Of a DNA stretch of 64,000 nucleotides, positions 25,961 to 39,177 are shown piece by piece. The translations under genes were made by a program, and so were the position numbers. Origin of the DNA: Octopus sinensis (taxonomy: Eukaryota); contig NC_042999.1 in assembly GCF_006345805.1 (NCBI RefSeq), positions 71,362,001 to 71,426,000 on the forward strand, read 5' to 3'. The stretch's first letter is position 1. Each line of letters opens with the position of its first letter. The notes under the pieces were generated by a model, which ran no database searches, was not told where the DNA came from, and worked only from the letters and a program-made list of their open reading frames with translations.

Positions 25961-27324
25961 ATAAGTTAAAAAACAAAGAAAATAACTTTGGGCTTTGTCC
26001 TATTTCGCACTTTAACCCAGAGTATGCTCGAGAGGAGTTTGTGCGAGTATGATCTATAACTGTTTGACTTTTGACTTTTGATAGAAAGATTGTCTTTCGT
26101 TTAATGATATGTGAACTTTGAACACTTGTTGATTCTTGGAATAATCTATCCTCCTCATTTAGAGTTGGTCCCAGTTCCCACGAAGTCATTATTCTATCAA
26201 ACCTGGATGCTGAAATACATTCAATAAATCAAGAATCTCTGGTTTAAAGTATTTAATGTAGGCCTGGTCGTCTTATTTGTTCAAATACATGTAATTGGCG
26301 CTCACATACACATACACAAAATGTGTGTACGTGTGTTTGTGGGTGTGTGTTAAATTTATGCTTTTTTATATTTGGGTTGCATATAAGTTTGGTTTTGGGT
26401 CTGCATTTCATTTTGTAACCGCTGTTCAATGAGTAAATTTTGAAATTTTTCAATCATCACGTCAGTCGTCAAATATTTTTTTTAGTCGAACATTTTAGAA
26501 AGAACTGCAACACATTATAAAAAACGAACTATTGGGTTATAAGTCAGATTGATCAGTGCATTATATAAAACTCACGGTACTTAGATCACATTTGTCGCCG
26601 ATTAACTTATATACAAATATATTCTCTTCCATTTTTAATTATCTGGATTCTTCATGCATGAAACGAATTAGTTTCTAACAAACATACAAAGATATATATT
26701 TGGAATGCTGATAACAAAACAATGCCACATGAACTTGAAAACAGTCCTTCATATTTTTAGTCTCTCGCTTACAAATTTTATTTGCAGTATGCGTGTTAGC
26801 TAGTTAACTCTTTTCCTGGAAGCCCTAACTTTTCCAGATGCCACTTAGGTATTCTTATATCTGTTGAAAGGAGAAAGCGATTTGATTTTTGAAATCACAT
26901 TTAAGTACAATTTGACATTAGAAGAAGGAATACAAACAATCACTACAATATTTCCTTCGCTCTCCCATTTAATTAAAAACTGCAGTAGCACCTGTCACGA
27001 ATGTAACTCATTCTGCAACCAGAATATTCGTAGTTTTAACTGTAAAATATAATGCTTCGAGCAAATGATAATGAATAAAAAAAAAGATCGTAGGAAGTAT
27101 GATATAAACTTGTGTTTATCCTTATTTCTCGTACACACACTCGCGGGGTTACATATATATGTATCTATATTCATTTAATATTAACTGTTGAAAATAAACA
27201 GTACTCAAAACCTCGGTAGAGCTTAGCACATTTTGTTTTGTTCGAGTCAGTCTTTTGCTACTGCAGGCGCACAAGAACTTCAGGCAACTTCTGTCTTGCC
27301 TAAAGATTCTGACCAAAGTATAAT

Positions 27325-27612
<288 letters not shown>

Positions 27613-30600
27613 AGATCGGGAGGTACTCAATATAGAGGACACTTAGTAGCGCTCAAATGATTTGAACTTACACTCCGAAATCTTTATCGAGAACCAAGTC
27701 CGTGGGGGTAAAAAGTGGCTATAAAAGTAATCCAGGCGAGGTGATATGTAGATAATGATGCAAATAAACAGATAAAAGCACTTGGCTAGGTATATAAACT
27801 ATACATACATATATTTATATGTAAACAGGGAAATACAATAACTGAAAATATTCAGACGATTAACTTTTATGTATCAATATATGGATATTTATATATTAAA
27901 AGCCCAGATTTACACAGAATACAAAGACATGGAAAACTAAGGGGAGAGAAGGAATGGTTTTATAAGTTTCACATCTGTTTCTACGCCCACAGAATTACGT
28001 AGTTGGCGGATGTAGTTAGCAAAAAGACAAAGATAAGAAACGAGTAGTGGAAGCATATGAAGATTAGGTAAATCCGGCGCCCGTCTTCAGGGTGGAGATG
28101 CCAAGTCGAGCAATTTAGCAGAATTTCTCTATATTGACTCATGCATGTTGTTTGTGATTATGCATGCCTCAGTTCCATTATCAGGGTGCATTCGGTGACA
28201 GTAATAAAATTTAATGTCTGATCAAGCTATTTCCTGATTGTTGAAAGGATCTTGATGGCGATACGTCATCTAGGAATTAATGAAATCATTTTAAAAACAG
28301 AACACAATGGTCAGGTTACTCTTTTATTTGTTAAAGCGGTGAACGTTATTTGATATTTTAAATACGTTTTGAAATCGAATTTCACATTAGAATGCAAACA
28401 ATCGCAGTGGTTTTTCTGTCATTCCTCTTTTAATTAAAACCGACAAAACGGTTGTAGCACCTGCCACAAACTTATTTGCAACCAGAATCATTTGTCGTTT
28501 TATGTGTCGTTTGTAATATTTCAAACAAATTATAATGAATAAAGAAATATTAAATATAACGCCTACTGCGTGGAACAGGGAACAAATCAACATGGAGTGT
28601 TAGTCTTGATACCTTGCAGTAAGAATGATTTAGTCTCTGATACCCTGTCAATCATCCATAAATTCCAGATCACCGGCAAAAATCACGTGAAATAAGCAGA
28701 ACTATCCTGGTGGTACAAAACTTAAATATGTATCTTCTGGACTTGATACAATATAATTATTGAAATTTTTAAATGCATCAGCATTATGCAAAATGAATAT
28801 TTGAAAATCATTAAAAATATGAAATTTTGCTTTTTTTGCGTTTTTCATAGATTTCGTTGATTATTTTCCCATAAGACAAAAATCTCTTGCAAATGTTAAC
28901 CAGTATAACAAGACATCCATCCACACACATGTGCACGCGCACGCGCACACATAGACACACACACACGCACGCACACACACACACACACACACTTCTCTCA
29001 TGTGCCATGCTTTTATTTGGCATAGAAGTCTATCAGAGATTTCAGTGTCAAACATTCATAATGTTTCTTGTGAAAGATACGGTGGTATTTTTTTCATTGC
29101 ATTTTATATCGGTTTCCTTACAGTTTACTCTACTCATCACTTGCTCTCCCTTGAGTTGCAGGACTTTTTGAACCCTTAAGCAGTGGGAATGATTTACGTA
29201 ACATGAGACCATTTCCATACACCTCAAGCAACCAGCCTCTTTCAGAGTCTTGCATGACCTACTTCAGGACCGTCTACTGCAGTCTGACCGATAATAACTG
29301 CTACCCTTGACATATACCACTACTCTGGTTTAGAGCAAAAATAGAACTAGTGATCACAAAGGTTTACTGCCCAGGTCTGAAATTTTCAGCTGGAATCTCA
29401 CTATCGAATGCAATTTTCTATCTTATCCAGGAATAATATACGTAACTTCCTAGCAATTCCTAACCTAGTGTTATGTATTTTATTAATTCCTCCTCATCAC
29501 TTTCCATGTTATCCATAATCTTTCAGTGTCTCAGCGACCTCATTTTCCCGCTTTGAAAGAGCGAAACTGGTTGTCTTTGAGGAAATATAGCCTGTGAATA
29601 AACGATCCAATAAACATTATTAAATCTTTCTCTAAGTGAATCTTGGTCATTTTAGTAGCAAAGTTAATCTTTGTTGTTGTTATTTATATTCAGATTATCA
29701 CCAAACAAAATTATAATTAAAGGAATTCTAGTTGTGATCATTTTGTATTTGTTTTCAGATAAAATTTATATAACATATTGTTAGAATTTAGAATGGTCAT
29801 AATTAACACAGCCTATAAATATATGTGCAGGTTGTTGTCTGTCTTAGAATGTGTTTCATTTCTGTTTCGTTTTCCAAAGCAGTGGATGTTTGTTTATCTC
29901 TCCCCAAATATTTTTCACTACAATAATCTATAACTTTCTCAATGATTAATGATATATTTTCTGTTAAATACTTGCTTTTTATGAAAGAAAAATGTATGCT
30001 CTTCAGAATACATTACTAACTGGTCTTGCGAAAAATTTTGTGAAACAAACGCAACATACGCTACTTTGGGAAATTAGTAAAGTGAAATATAGTGAAACAA
30101 CAACTGGCGGCTGTGATGTAGACTTTATTTGTTATGACCCACCCCAAATATAACAATATTCGTTTCAACACACAGTTTCAGATGAAAATTCTTGCAAAAT
30201 AAAATTCAAAATCGAAAGTTTATATAAAACTTCATCCTCTGGTGTTTCCATCTTTTCTAAGTCAATAGATTAGGATTTTGAAAGAATTTGGCTGCATGTA
30301 TTCATAATCTTTCGAGCGGCCGTATATATAACCTCACGCTGGTTTCAGAGTTCATCTTTGTGAATATATGGGTGGGGAGAATAAATATTGGGTAGTGTTT
30401 TTCTCTCTTGAACAATGTTTTTGCTGCTTTTCATGTGTGCCCTGCCATTAGCGGAATTCATGAAATGTTTTACCCTAGCCAACCAGTTTATTCTCTACGT
30501 CACGTGTTTTTATAACACTCTTAATGCATGTTTTATTTTTTATCAATGCTAGATTGTGGGCAACAATATTCTGATGCAGTCAAGCATATGTTTATTTTCT

Positions 30601-31484
30601 TTTATTGGTTCAGTATGAAATTTCATTCACGAAACTAAATTTATAAAATCAAACATAGCACACCAACTTGATCAAATATTAAAAATAAATATTGCTTCCT
30701 TCGCCCCACTCTCTCTCTCCCTCTTTCCCGTCTCTCTCCTCCCCTTTCCCGTCTCTCTCTTCCTCTTTCCCCTTCTCTCTCTCGTTCTCTGTCAGCCTAA
30801 AAAATACCAAACAGTTTTTATACCCACGGCACAAGAACTTATCACCATTCGAGCTTCACTAAATAAAATTTTGCAGACAAACAACGACTACTTTGCTGGG
30901 TTTTAACTCACACAGAAAAAGAGAGAGAGAGAGAGAAAGAAAGAGAGAGAGAGGCACATATACACATATATGTATTTGTGCACTTATATATATCTAGAGG
31001 ATTCTTATCCTAATATCCGTTTGAAAAAACAAAGCAATGTCAAATCGTTTTCTCGTGATCCATAGGTAAGGGAAATAATGTAGCCAACGGGCTGTCATTT
31101 CACCGAATACTTCATTAATCATTTGACATCTCTATACAATCTGCTGACGTAGATATATTTCTTTGGAGATATCGGGGTTTCTTCTGCCCTTACGAATGTT
31201 TATCGCAAACGTAATTTCTTTAACTGAAATATCAAAGATGAAAACAGATAAACTATGCAAGTTAGTATTTTTTTGTACATTTTCAAGCAATTCTTCAGTC
31301 AGTTAAACATGATCGTATCTGTCGGTTGATATGAGTACTTCTCAAATGTTAGGTTATCTTCATCTAAAAGTATCAAAGAAAGAATTGAACCAACAAAGGA
31401 ATCTTTATTACAATATAGAAATGAGTTAACAATGATACTTGATCTCGGCTATATCTTAAAAAAAAAAAAAAGAAAGAAAGAAGC

Positions 31485-31716
31485 AAGGCGGCGAGCTGGC
31501 AGAAACGTTAGCACGCCGGGTGAAATGCGTAGCCGTATTTCGTCTGCCGTTACGTTCCGAGTTCAAATTCCGCCGAGGTCGACTTTGCCTTTCATCCTTT
31601 CGGGGTCGATAAATTAAGTGCCAGTTACGCACTGGGGTCGATGTAATCGACTTTATCACTTTGTCTGTCCTTGTTTGTCTCCTCTATGTTTAGCCCCTTG
31701 TGGATAATAAAGAAAT
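31485..31716 (+). mobile_element. SINE family D, full length
   Basis: ggcggcgagctggcagaaacgttagcacgcc...gagttcaaattccgccgaggtcgactttgcctttcatcctttcggggtcgataaa...aataaagaaat. Confidence 0.9.
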
Positions 31717-32117
31717 ATATATCTTTAAAAAAGGCATACTAGATACGTAGTCCGGATTCATGCACAGAGGAGACAGATGAAATGGTTACTACTCAAAATA
31801 CCTTTAGTGAGGGATCTGCTCAATTGGTGTGAATTCGGATTAAATATCACAAAAACTTAATAAGTTTAAAATTAAAACTACATAATTTTAAACTAAAGTT
31901 ATAGTTTTTCAGATAAATAAGCCAACATTATAAATAGCATGTGATGCAAGATCCAAACAATATACGATTGTTTCGTGTTTAAACATTAGAGCTCATTGAT
32001 AATTACATCTCATTCTGAAGCCCTTCATTAATCCAGCGTACTTTTGCCTCTTTAAAGACTTTATTCAAAATATGAGGCGAGCTCTACATGATATAAGAGT
32101 TATATAAGTGAGCTCTC

Positions 32118-32262
32118 ACTGCAAAGAAATTCGATGAAAACAATGTTGTTGCCCAGGACGTCAGTGAAGCTTTCGACTGTGCTTGACCTGCAAATCTCAT
32201 GTCAAAACTTCTCGTTTACAAGATCCACCCATATCTCATCTCTTGGATCAGTAGCTTCTTTC
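32118..32262 (+). mobile_element. LINE reverse transcriptase fragment (CR1/jockey group)
   Basis: VVAQDVSEAFDCA..ANLMSKLLVYKIHPYLISWISSF resembles the LDxSKAFDxV...KL..YGI...WI.SFL motif. Confidence 0.65.
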
Positions 32263-32790
32263 AGTTTCCGTCCACCATATCCACTGACAAAGTTTGGTCG
32301 GTCCGAGGTTGTAGTAGAAAACACTTGTCCAAGATTCCACATAGTGGGACCGAACCTGGAACCATGCGGTTGGGAAACAAGCTTCTCACCACACACCCAC
32401 GCATTCATCTATATATGGATGTTTTACTTATTTCAGTCATTAGACTACGGCCATGCTAGACACCTTCGAGAATTTTAGTCGATCGAATCGATTCTAGTAC
32501 TTATTCAAAATAACATTTACTCTATCAGTTTCTTCTCGAACCACTAGGTTACAGTGACGTAAACACATCAACACCAGTTGTCAAGCAGTGGTGGGAGACA
32601 AACACAGAAACAAACATTTCAGGAGTTTTCAGCATTTTTTTCGCGAAGCTGTTATAACTGTCCTAAATTATTGTAATTTAAAAAATCCACTCACAAGGCT
32701 TTGGTCGACCTCAGGCTATAATAGAAAACACCCAAGCTGCCACGTAATGGAACTGAACCCACAGCCATGTGAATGGGAAGTAACTTCGAA
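32256..32790 (-). mobile_element. Two adjacent degenerate SINE family A copies (32256-32402 and 32422-32790)
   Basis: Both align to the reverse complement of 58868-59289. Confidence 0.75.
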
Positions 32791-33119
32791 TAAATCCTCT
32801 GAATAACAAACACCTTCTTCATTATACTCATTGAAAATATAGGTAACCATCTACGTTATTGGGTATGTAACGTGATATAATACAGAGATAAATAATTACG
32901 ACAAGGTATTTAGTACACTAAATAGCTGAGATAAAGAATAGTTCTGTCTTTTGTTAAATTAACGTTATCTGTTTAATACTTCTTACAAAACTTCTCATCT
33001 TATTATAGAGGACACATCAATTCCTGTCAGTAAACACGTCCTTTTGTTTGGAACTCAGGAAGTTTCTTTCCCAAATAAGTGATTTTTCTAACTAAAAACT
33101 CAGCTTTCGTTTTATACGC

Positions 33120-33169
<50 letters not shown>

Positions 33170-33709
33170 ATATATAATATATATATAGACATACACATAT
33201 ATATATGTATGTATGTATATGTATATATGTGTATATATATGTGTGTATATGTGTGTGCGCGTATGTGTATGTGTGTGTATATACATATATATATGTGTAT
33301 ATATATATAGGTATATATGCGTGTGTGTATGTATGTATGTATGTATGTATGTATGTATGTATGTATGCAAATAAACGTATTCATTTCCAAACCAAAATCC
33401 GACAGCTGAAGTGTAGAAAATTTTAAAATAATATTTAATACAGTGATACAATGTTATTTACGGTGTTCTTATTCTCAAAAGGAATATATTAAATCAAAAT
33501 ATTAACTGTATAATCCCTGTGAAGTTATTTATTTATAACAATAAGTAAAACAGAGAATTTGTTATTAGATTATTATGTAAATATATCGATATCTTATATG
33601 GCCTAACGTGTTTGGCACGTGGATAGGTGCCTGCATCAAAGTTAATCTCTATAATACTATATGTGCAGTTATGTATACGAATAGGACTGTGTTCCTACTC
33701 TGTTGTGCT

Positions 33710-33724
<15 letters not shown>

Positions 33725-33783
<59 letters not shown>

Positions 33784-33998
33784 GCTATACGTATATATAT
33801 ATAATGTATGTATGTATATATTTATGTATATATATATATATATATATAATATATATATATACTTAAACGCCTATTGATACAAACACATATGTATGCATGT
33901 ATGTATGAACACTCACCTATACAAATTTATACATACATAGATAATATCTATATAAATACATGTCTATCTATCTATCTGTCTGTCTATCTATCTATCTG

Positions 33999-34054
<56 letters not shown>

Positions 34055-34111
34055 GAGTTATATGTATATATATATATATATATAATGTATGGATGTATAT
34101 ATTTTGTATAT

Positions 34112-34150
<39 letters not shown>

Positions 34151-34250
34151 AATACCTATTGATACAAACACATATGTATGCATGTATGTATGAACACTCA
34201 CCAATAGAAATTTATACATACACAGATACGTATCTATATAAATGCACACA
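33725..34250. repeat. Tandem duplication, period 285 bp
   Basis: cctattgatacaaacacatatgtatgcatgtatgtatgaacactcacc occurs at 33870 and 34155, each preceded by (TATC)n/(TA)n. Confidence 0.85.
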
Positions 34251-34512
34251 AACTTACATAATACAAATTTTGTCTTACCCTTATCTACCCGATGAACACA
34301 CACTCTCTTTTTCTCCTTGTAAATATATTGCCAGTAAGACGGGTAGATAACGTACTTGGCTTCAAGCCGAAAAGAGAATGAGGGGTATCCATTTACACTA
34401 CGCAGTCTTTTTGACCTGACACTTAAAATATGCTTCGATATCACGGCTAGTCTTAATGTGTACCACCATTAAGAGTAGAGCTGTTTGTTACGGTACCGCT
34501 GTTAATATCTCT

Positions 34513-34730
34513 GCAAGGCTGGGAGCTAGCAGGATCGTTAGCACGCCTGGTAAGATACCATGCGGCATTTCATCCGCCTTTACGTCTTGAGTTAGGGATT
34601 AATCGAAGTCCACCTTGCCTTTCATCTTTTCGGACTCAGTAAAATAAGTACCGATTGAGCACTGGGGTCGGTTTAATTGACTTAACTCTTCCCCCGAAAT
34701 TGCCGGCCTTGTAACAAAATTTAAAACCAA
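34513..34730 (+). mobile_element. SINE family D, diverged
   Basis: gggagctagcaggatcgttagcacgcc...ttgcctttcatcttttcgga...ggccttgtaacaaaatttaaaacc. Confidence 0.75.
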
Positions 34731-34827
<97 letters not shown>

Positions 34828-34828
34828 C

Positions 34829-35122
34829 CACTTACTGTAATGTATTTTCTTTTTGTATGACACTATTGTCCAAGGTTCCCGTGGTCTTTTCCGTAGGCTT
34901 TTCTATCCACGACAAACCTAACTTGTTTTCCCTTTTTACATTGACATTTCTGTGATACACGATCCCTATTGATCGGCCCCACATTTTTTCCCGATCCCTT
35001 TTGATCGGAATTCGCCTTTCCTTTTTCTTCCCCTTTTTCCCCTTCTCTTCTTCCCAAAAGGAAAAGCTCTACTTTGTATTTTCTCCCTTCTGTGTTTAGT
35101 CCTGTGTGGCCAATAAAGAAAT
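34829..35122 (+). mobile_element. Probable LINE 3' UTR fragment embedded in (TATC)n
   Basis: Pyrimidine-rich block ending tgtgtggccaataaagaaat|ctatctatct; its last 38 bp match the SINE-D tail. The LINE origin is inferred. Confidence 0.5.
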
Positions 35123-35712
35123 CTATCTATCTATACATGCATCACCTTCAAAGTTCTGTTATTTTAGTGTCAAATTCTAGATTTAACAGTTCGAGTCCAA
35201 AATGGGTTAATTAAGTCTAAATGATGCACCAGCCAACAAACTATGACGAATTAAGTAAAAATACAGTTATGAAGTTTCAAATAAGAAGTGTGCATGTAAA
35301 TGTTGTGTGTATATGTGTGTATACATGTTCTTATGAATGTCTGTTGGTAGACAAGTAAGTATTTTTGCATGTACGTATGCATCTAAAGCGTTACACAAAC
35401 GCGCGCACTTAATACGTATATGCGTTCATATACATAAACATTCCTACATAGAATAATGCTTAATACGAACACGCGTATGTATACATGTAACTACTTTATC
35501 TGTATATTTATACACGGACACATATATAGACGTGCACATGCATATACATATATTTGCATATATATATAAAGAATAAAAGGAAACGTTGATGCCGAAGAGA
35601 TTTGAACTCAGACTTAGAAAATCGGAAGAAAAGCCGCTGTCGGTACACGTATCAAATATTAAAAACTACTCGATACAGCAATACAACTTTCGAATTGCGT
35701 CGCATTAAGCTG

Positions 35713-35773
<61 letters not shown>

Positions 35774-35814
35774 GTCTATCTATCTATCTATCTATCTATC
35801 TCTATATATATGTA

Positions 35815-35985
35815 CCGGAGTAAGCACATAAATGTGAAACAAGGTGGAAAAAAAGAGTACTCAAATACCAGAGGTAGAGTAATAGGCTTTATTCAAAAGC
35901 AGCAGAATTATAACAAAAGCTGTTACTCAGAGTTTCACTTTCCCGTTCGTCGAACGAGAACATGAATCTCTGAGTAACAGCTTTT
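35815..35985. repeat. Probable Penelope-like terminal sequence ending in a 70-bp palindrome (35915-35985)
   Basis: aaaagctgttactcagagtttcac...gttcgtcgaac...gaatctctgagtaacagctttt. Confidence 0.6.
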
Positions 35986-36624
35986 AAATAAAGTATATAT
36001 ATATATATGTTATGGAGATGAAAGTTCATATGTACAGTGCCAGATAGTAGGTGCAACGTCGCGGATGGTATGGCATAAACAGCCTATGATGGTGAACACA
36101 TCATGGGAAAATTTGGTATTAAGTGTACTAATGAGAGAAAGGAACCAGGTGGTGACTAAAATGCTGTGTTAGTGTTCATTATTTTTTTTGCCTAGAGTTA
36201 CACTCATCATCCAGACTTTGTCTGCCCATCTCTACAGAACACCGAAGAGATAGAGATGGCATGGAGGAATTCGTTGCCTCTTAGCAGAAACTGCCGTAAG
36301 GAACTGATCTTTTGCTCTTTTCTGTAATATTAATGCATGTGTATGTAACACATATTTACTACATGTGTATGGTTTCTTCTAATATTTTCTAATGCACTGG
36401 AATAGACATACTGGAATATCTACCGGATGATATATGTCGTTTTGTATCATCTCCATTTTCTTATTTGCCGTATAAATTAAGGGTAAACCACTTTTTACTC
36501 CCGTCCATATATGACACTCAATTGCAAGACTGCCACGCAATAACCAGCATTTGGGTATGAATAATTGGGTACACTACCAGCAGTGTATTGGATAGGCACT
36601 ATCCCTTATATATATTTAGTTTTA

Positions 36625-37035
36625 TTTTTTATTTTTTATCTAGTTTCAGCTCACAAGCTGTGGCCATGCTGGGACACCGCCATTTGGTGTTGCTACATGA
36701 TTTTACTTCACGAATGCTTTTTAGCAATTGCCATTTGGTGCATGAGAGAGTTCGATGCAGCTGCCCTCATCTGCACCTCCTGCCGTGAAGTTGGTTCATC
36801 TGGGACACCTGACAAGAAGAAATCCAGTTTTATTTTAAAGACATCTGCATCCACGCCATGCAGGTCTCTTAAGTTCTTCGGGAGGATATTGAAGAGCTGT
36901 GGGTCTCGGAAGCCCAGGCTATCACAGTATCTTGTCCTACATCTTGATGGCAAATTTGGAGTCCTTGGCACTATGCAGTGGCGCCCAGTTCTGGCATTTG
37001 TGTAACTCTCGATGCCAAAGTTTGGGACAAGTCCA
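36625..37035 (-). mobile_element. CR1/L2-like LINE 3' end (ORF2 C-terminus + UTR)
   Basis: GRHCIVP...[23 protein letters not shown]...FKIKLDFFLSGVPDEP...AASNSL*, then a 70-bp UTR. Confidence 0.85.
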
Positions 37036-37045
37036 TATATGTATA

Positions 37046-37121
<76 letters not shown>

Positions 37122-37168
37122 TATCATATATATATATACATATATTATATATTAATATATATATATAT

Positions 37169-37240
<72 letters not shown>

Positions 37241-37319
37241 ATATATATATATATAAGTTTTCTTTTCGTAATGAGATAAAAAACCAAGGCGGTGTAGATT
37301 TTAGAACATTTATAGATAG

Positions 37320-37367
37320 GTCTTACAGCTGTTTCCAGGATATTTATTATATCCCTTCGTCGGAGAC
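37320..37367 (-). ncRNA. Putative type I hammerhead ribozyme, U4C core variant
   Basis: The minus strand reads GTCT CCGACGA A GGGATAT-aataa-ATATCCT G GAAA CAGCTG TA AGAC: 4-bp stem I, 7-bp stem II, palindromic ACAGCTGT stem III, GUA site. Confidence 0.5.
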
Positions 37368-37789
37368 GGTGTGAGAGGATTGTTAAGTAATAGTTAATTT
37401 AGATAAGATAAAAAATAAAGATTGAGGGGGAGGAGACAAAATAGATGTGAGATGTGTAGGGATATTGTATTTGTAGATCCATTTTTTTTAGGCAGAATTG
37501 TATACATATAAAATTCCAATACCTTATGTGTAAAATCCAATAGTATTTAGAATTGGTCATTCCAAGTATAGAGTTTATATACAGTGTTATTGAATCAAGA
37601 GTTTTATTGAAAGTGACCTCAAAATAGTGTATTTGTAGGGTCAAATCGAAAACAGGAAGAGAAGAATAAACAAAGAGAAAAAGGAGAAGAAAGTAAGAAG
37701 AAAATAATAAAATAATAAGAAATAGGAAGTGAGGAATAAAGGAAAGATATATATATATATATATATATGTATGTATATATATATTATAT

Positions 37790-37871
<82 letters not shown>

Positions 37872-38819
37872 GAGAGAGAGGTTAGAGAGAGAGATAGAGA
37901 GAGACATATACATATATAGCAGCTGGTACTACATACCATAATTTTCACCACAGTCATCGACCGAAAGTTGCGGTAAAGATGTATGATGTATTTTTGAATA
38001 TATATTCATATATACAAACGTACACACACATGCTCATACACATATGTGCACACATTCACATACACATATCAACACACATGTGTGTGGCATTTAGTTTTGC
38101 AAATAACCGAATTGATGTAAACTCTGCTAGGATAAGGATAACGATATTCGATACAAACCACCTTTATGGGCTTAAAATGCAGTTTGTTAAAGCCTTTTGT
38201 TTTTCTTAATAGCGGCATTCGAAACCATATATCTTCAGTGCGATGCATATGAAATGACTTAAAAACGATGTGAATATTCCTTTATATAGTTCAGAATATT
38301 GGTGGAAGCCAGAAATCTTCTATACTTTAAAAGGAAAGCATCTTATATATATCGGTTTCCTCGTGGTGTCAACATGCAGCGTATTTCAAAAGCCGGGTAT
38401 AATCGATTGACTCGATAGAAAGCAGTGAATAATACATTGACGGATAGAGCGAAAAGCCGATGGTCAGAAAAAAAACTCGGTGTACAACTAAAACAGCATT
38501 TCCTTACTATGTATCGGAAGTGGACAAATTTCATCTTGGCGTGTAATTAGCGAGTGCCAAAATGCATCAGAGGTCTTGTGGGTCACTGCTGAAACGATGT
38601 TCCTTCTGCTTCGACATATATTATGTATTGCAACAAAAATCACACCATGATCCCTGTCAACGGTTTATATACATTAAGAATGATATGTAGATGGTTATTT
38701 AAACTTAATGCTGTTTAAGTTAGCACACACACACAAATTAGCGCACACACACACACACACACACATACACACATATACACACATATATATCATACAAGCC
38801 CTCACACACATATATATGT

Positions 38820-39177
38820 AGTTGTGGCTGTGTGGTAAGAAGTTTGTTTTCCAACCACATGGTCCCGGGTTCAATGCCACTGTGTGGCACTTAGGCAAGT
38901 GTCTTCCACTATAGTCCCACGCTGGCCAAATCCTTGTGAGTGAATTTGATAGGCGGAAGCTGAAAGAAGTCCATCGTATATTTATGATTGTGTGTCTTTG
39001 TGTCTGTGTTTGTCCCCCACCCTACCACTTGACACCTGGTGTTAGTATGTATGTTTAGGTATCCGTAACGTAGTGGTTCGGCAAAAGACCCTGACAGAAT
39101 AAGTACCAGGCTTAAAAGATCCGTTCGTCTAAAATTCTTCAAGGCGGTGCTCTAGCATGGTCGCAGTTTAATGACCG
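38820..39177 (+). mobile_element. SINE family A, near full length
   Basis: tggctgtgtggtaagaagtttg...ttcaaggcggtgctctagcatggtcgcag. Confidence 0.85.

Noticed and set aside
25953-26210. Minus-strand 86-codon frame after a good acceptor (SRFDRIMTSWELG...)
   Set aside because: No recognisable homology, no donor, and a length within chance expectation.
28387-28593. 68-aa ORF resembling GPCR TM1-TM2
   Set aside because: There is an in-frame stop three codons upstream and no continuation, and it overlaps the diverged duplicate block.
36020-36170. Possible RTE endonuclease remnant (HIMGKFGIKCTNER)
   Set aside because: Too short and degenerate to support a call.
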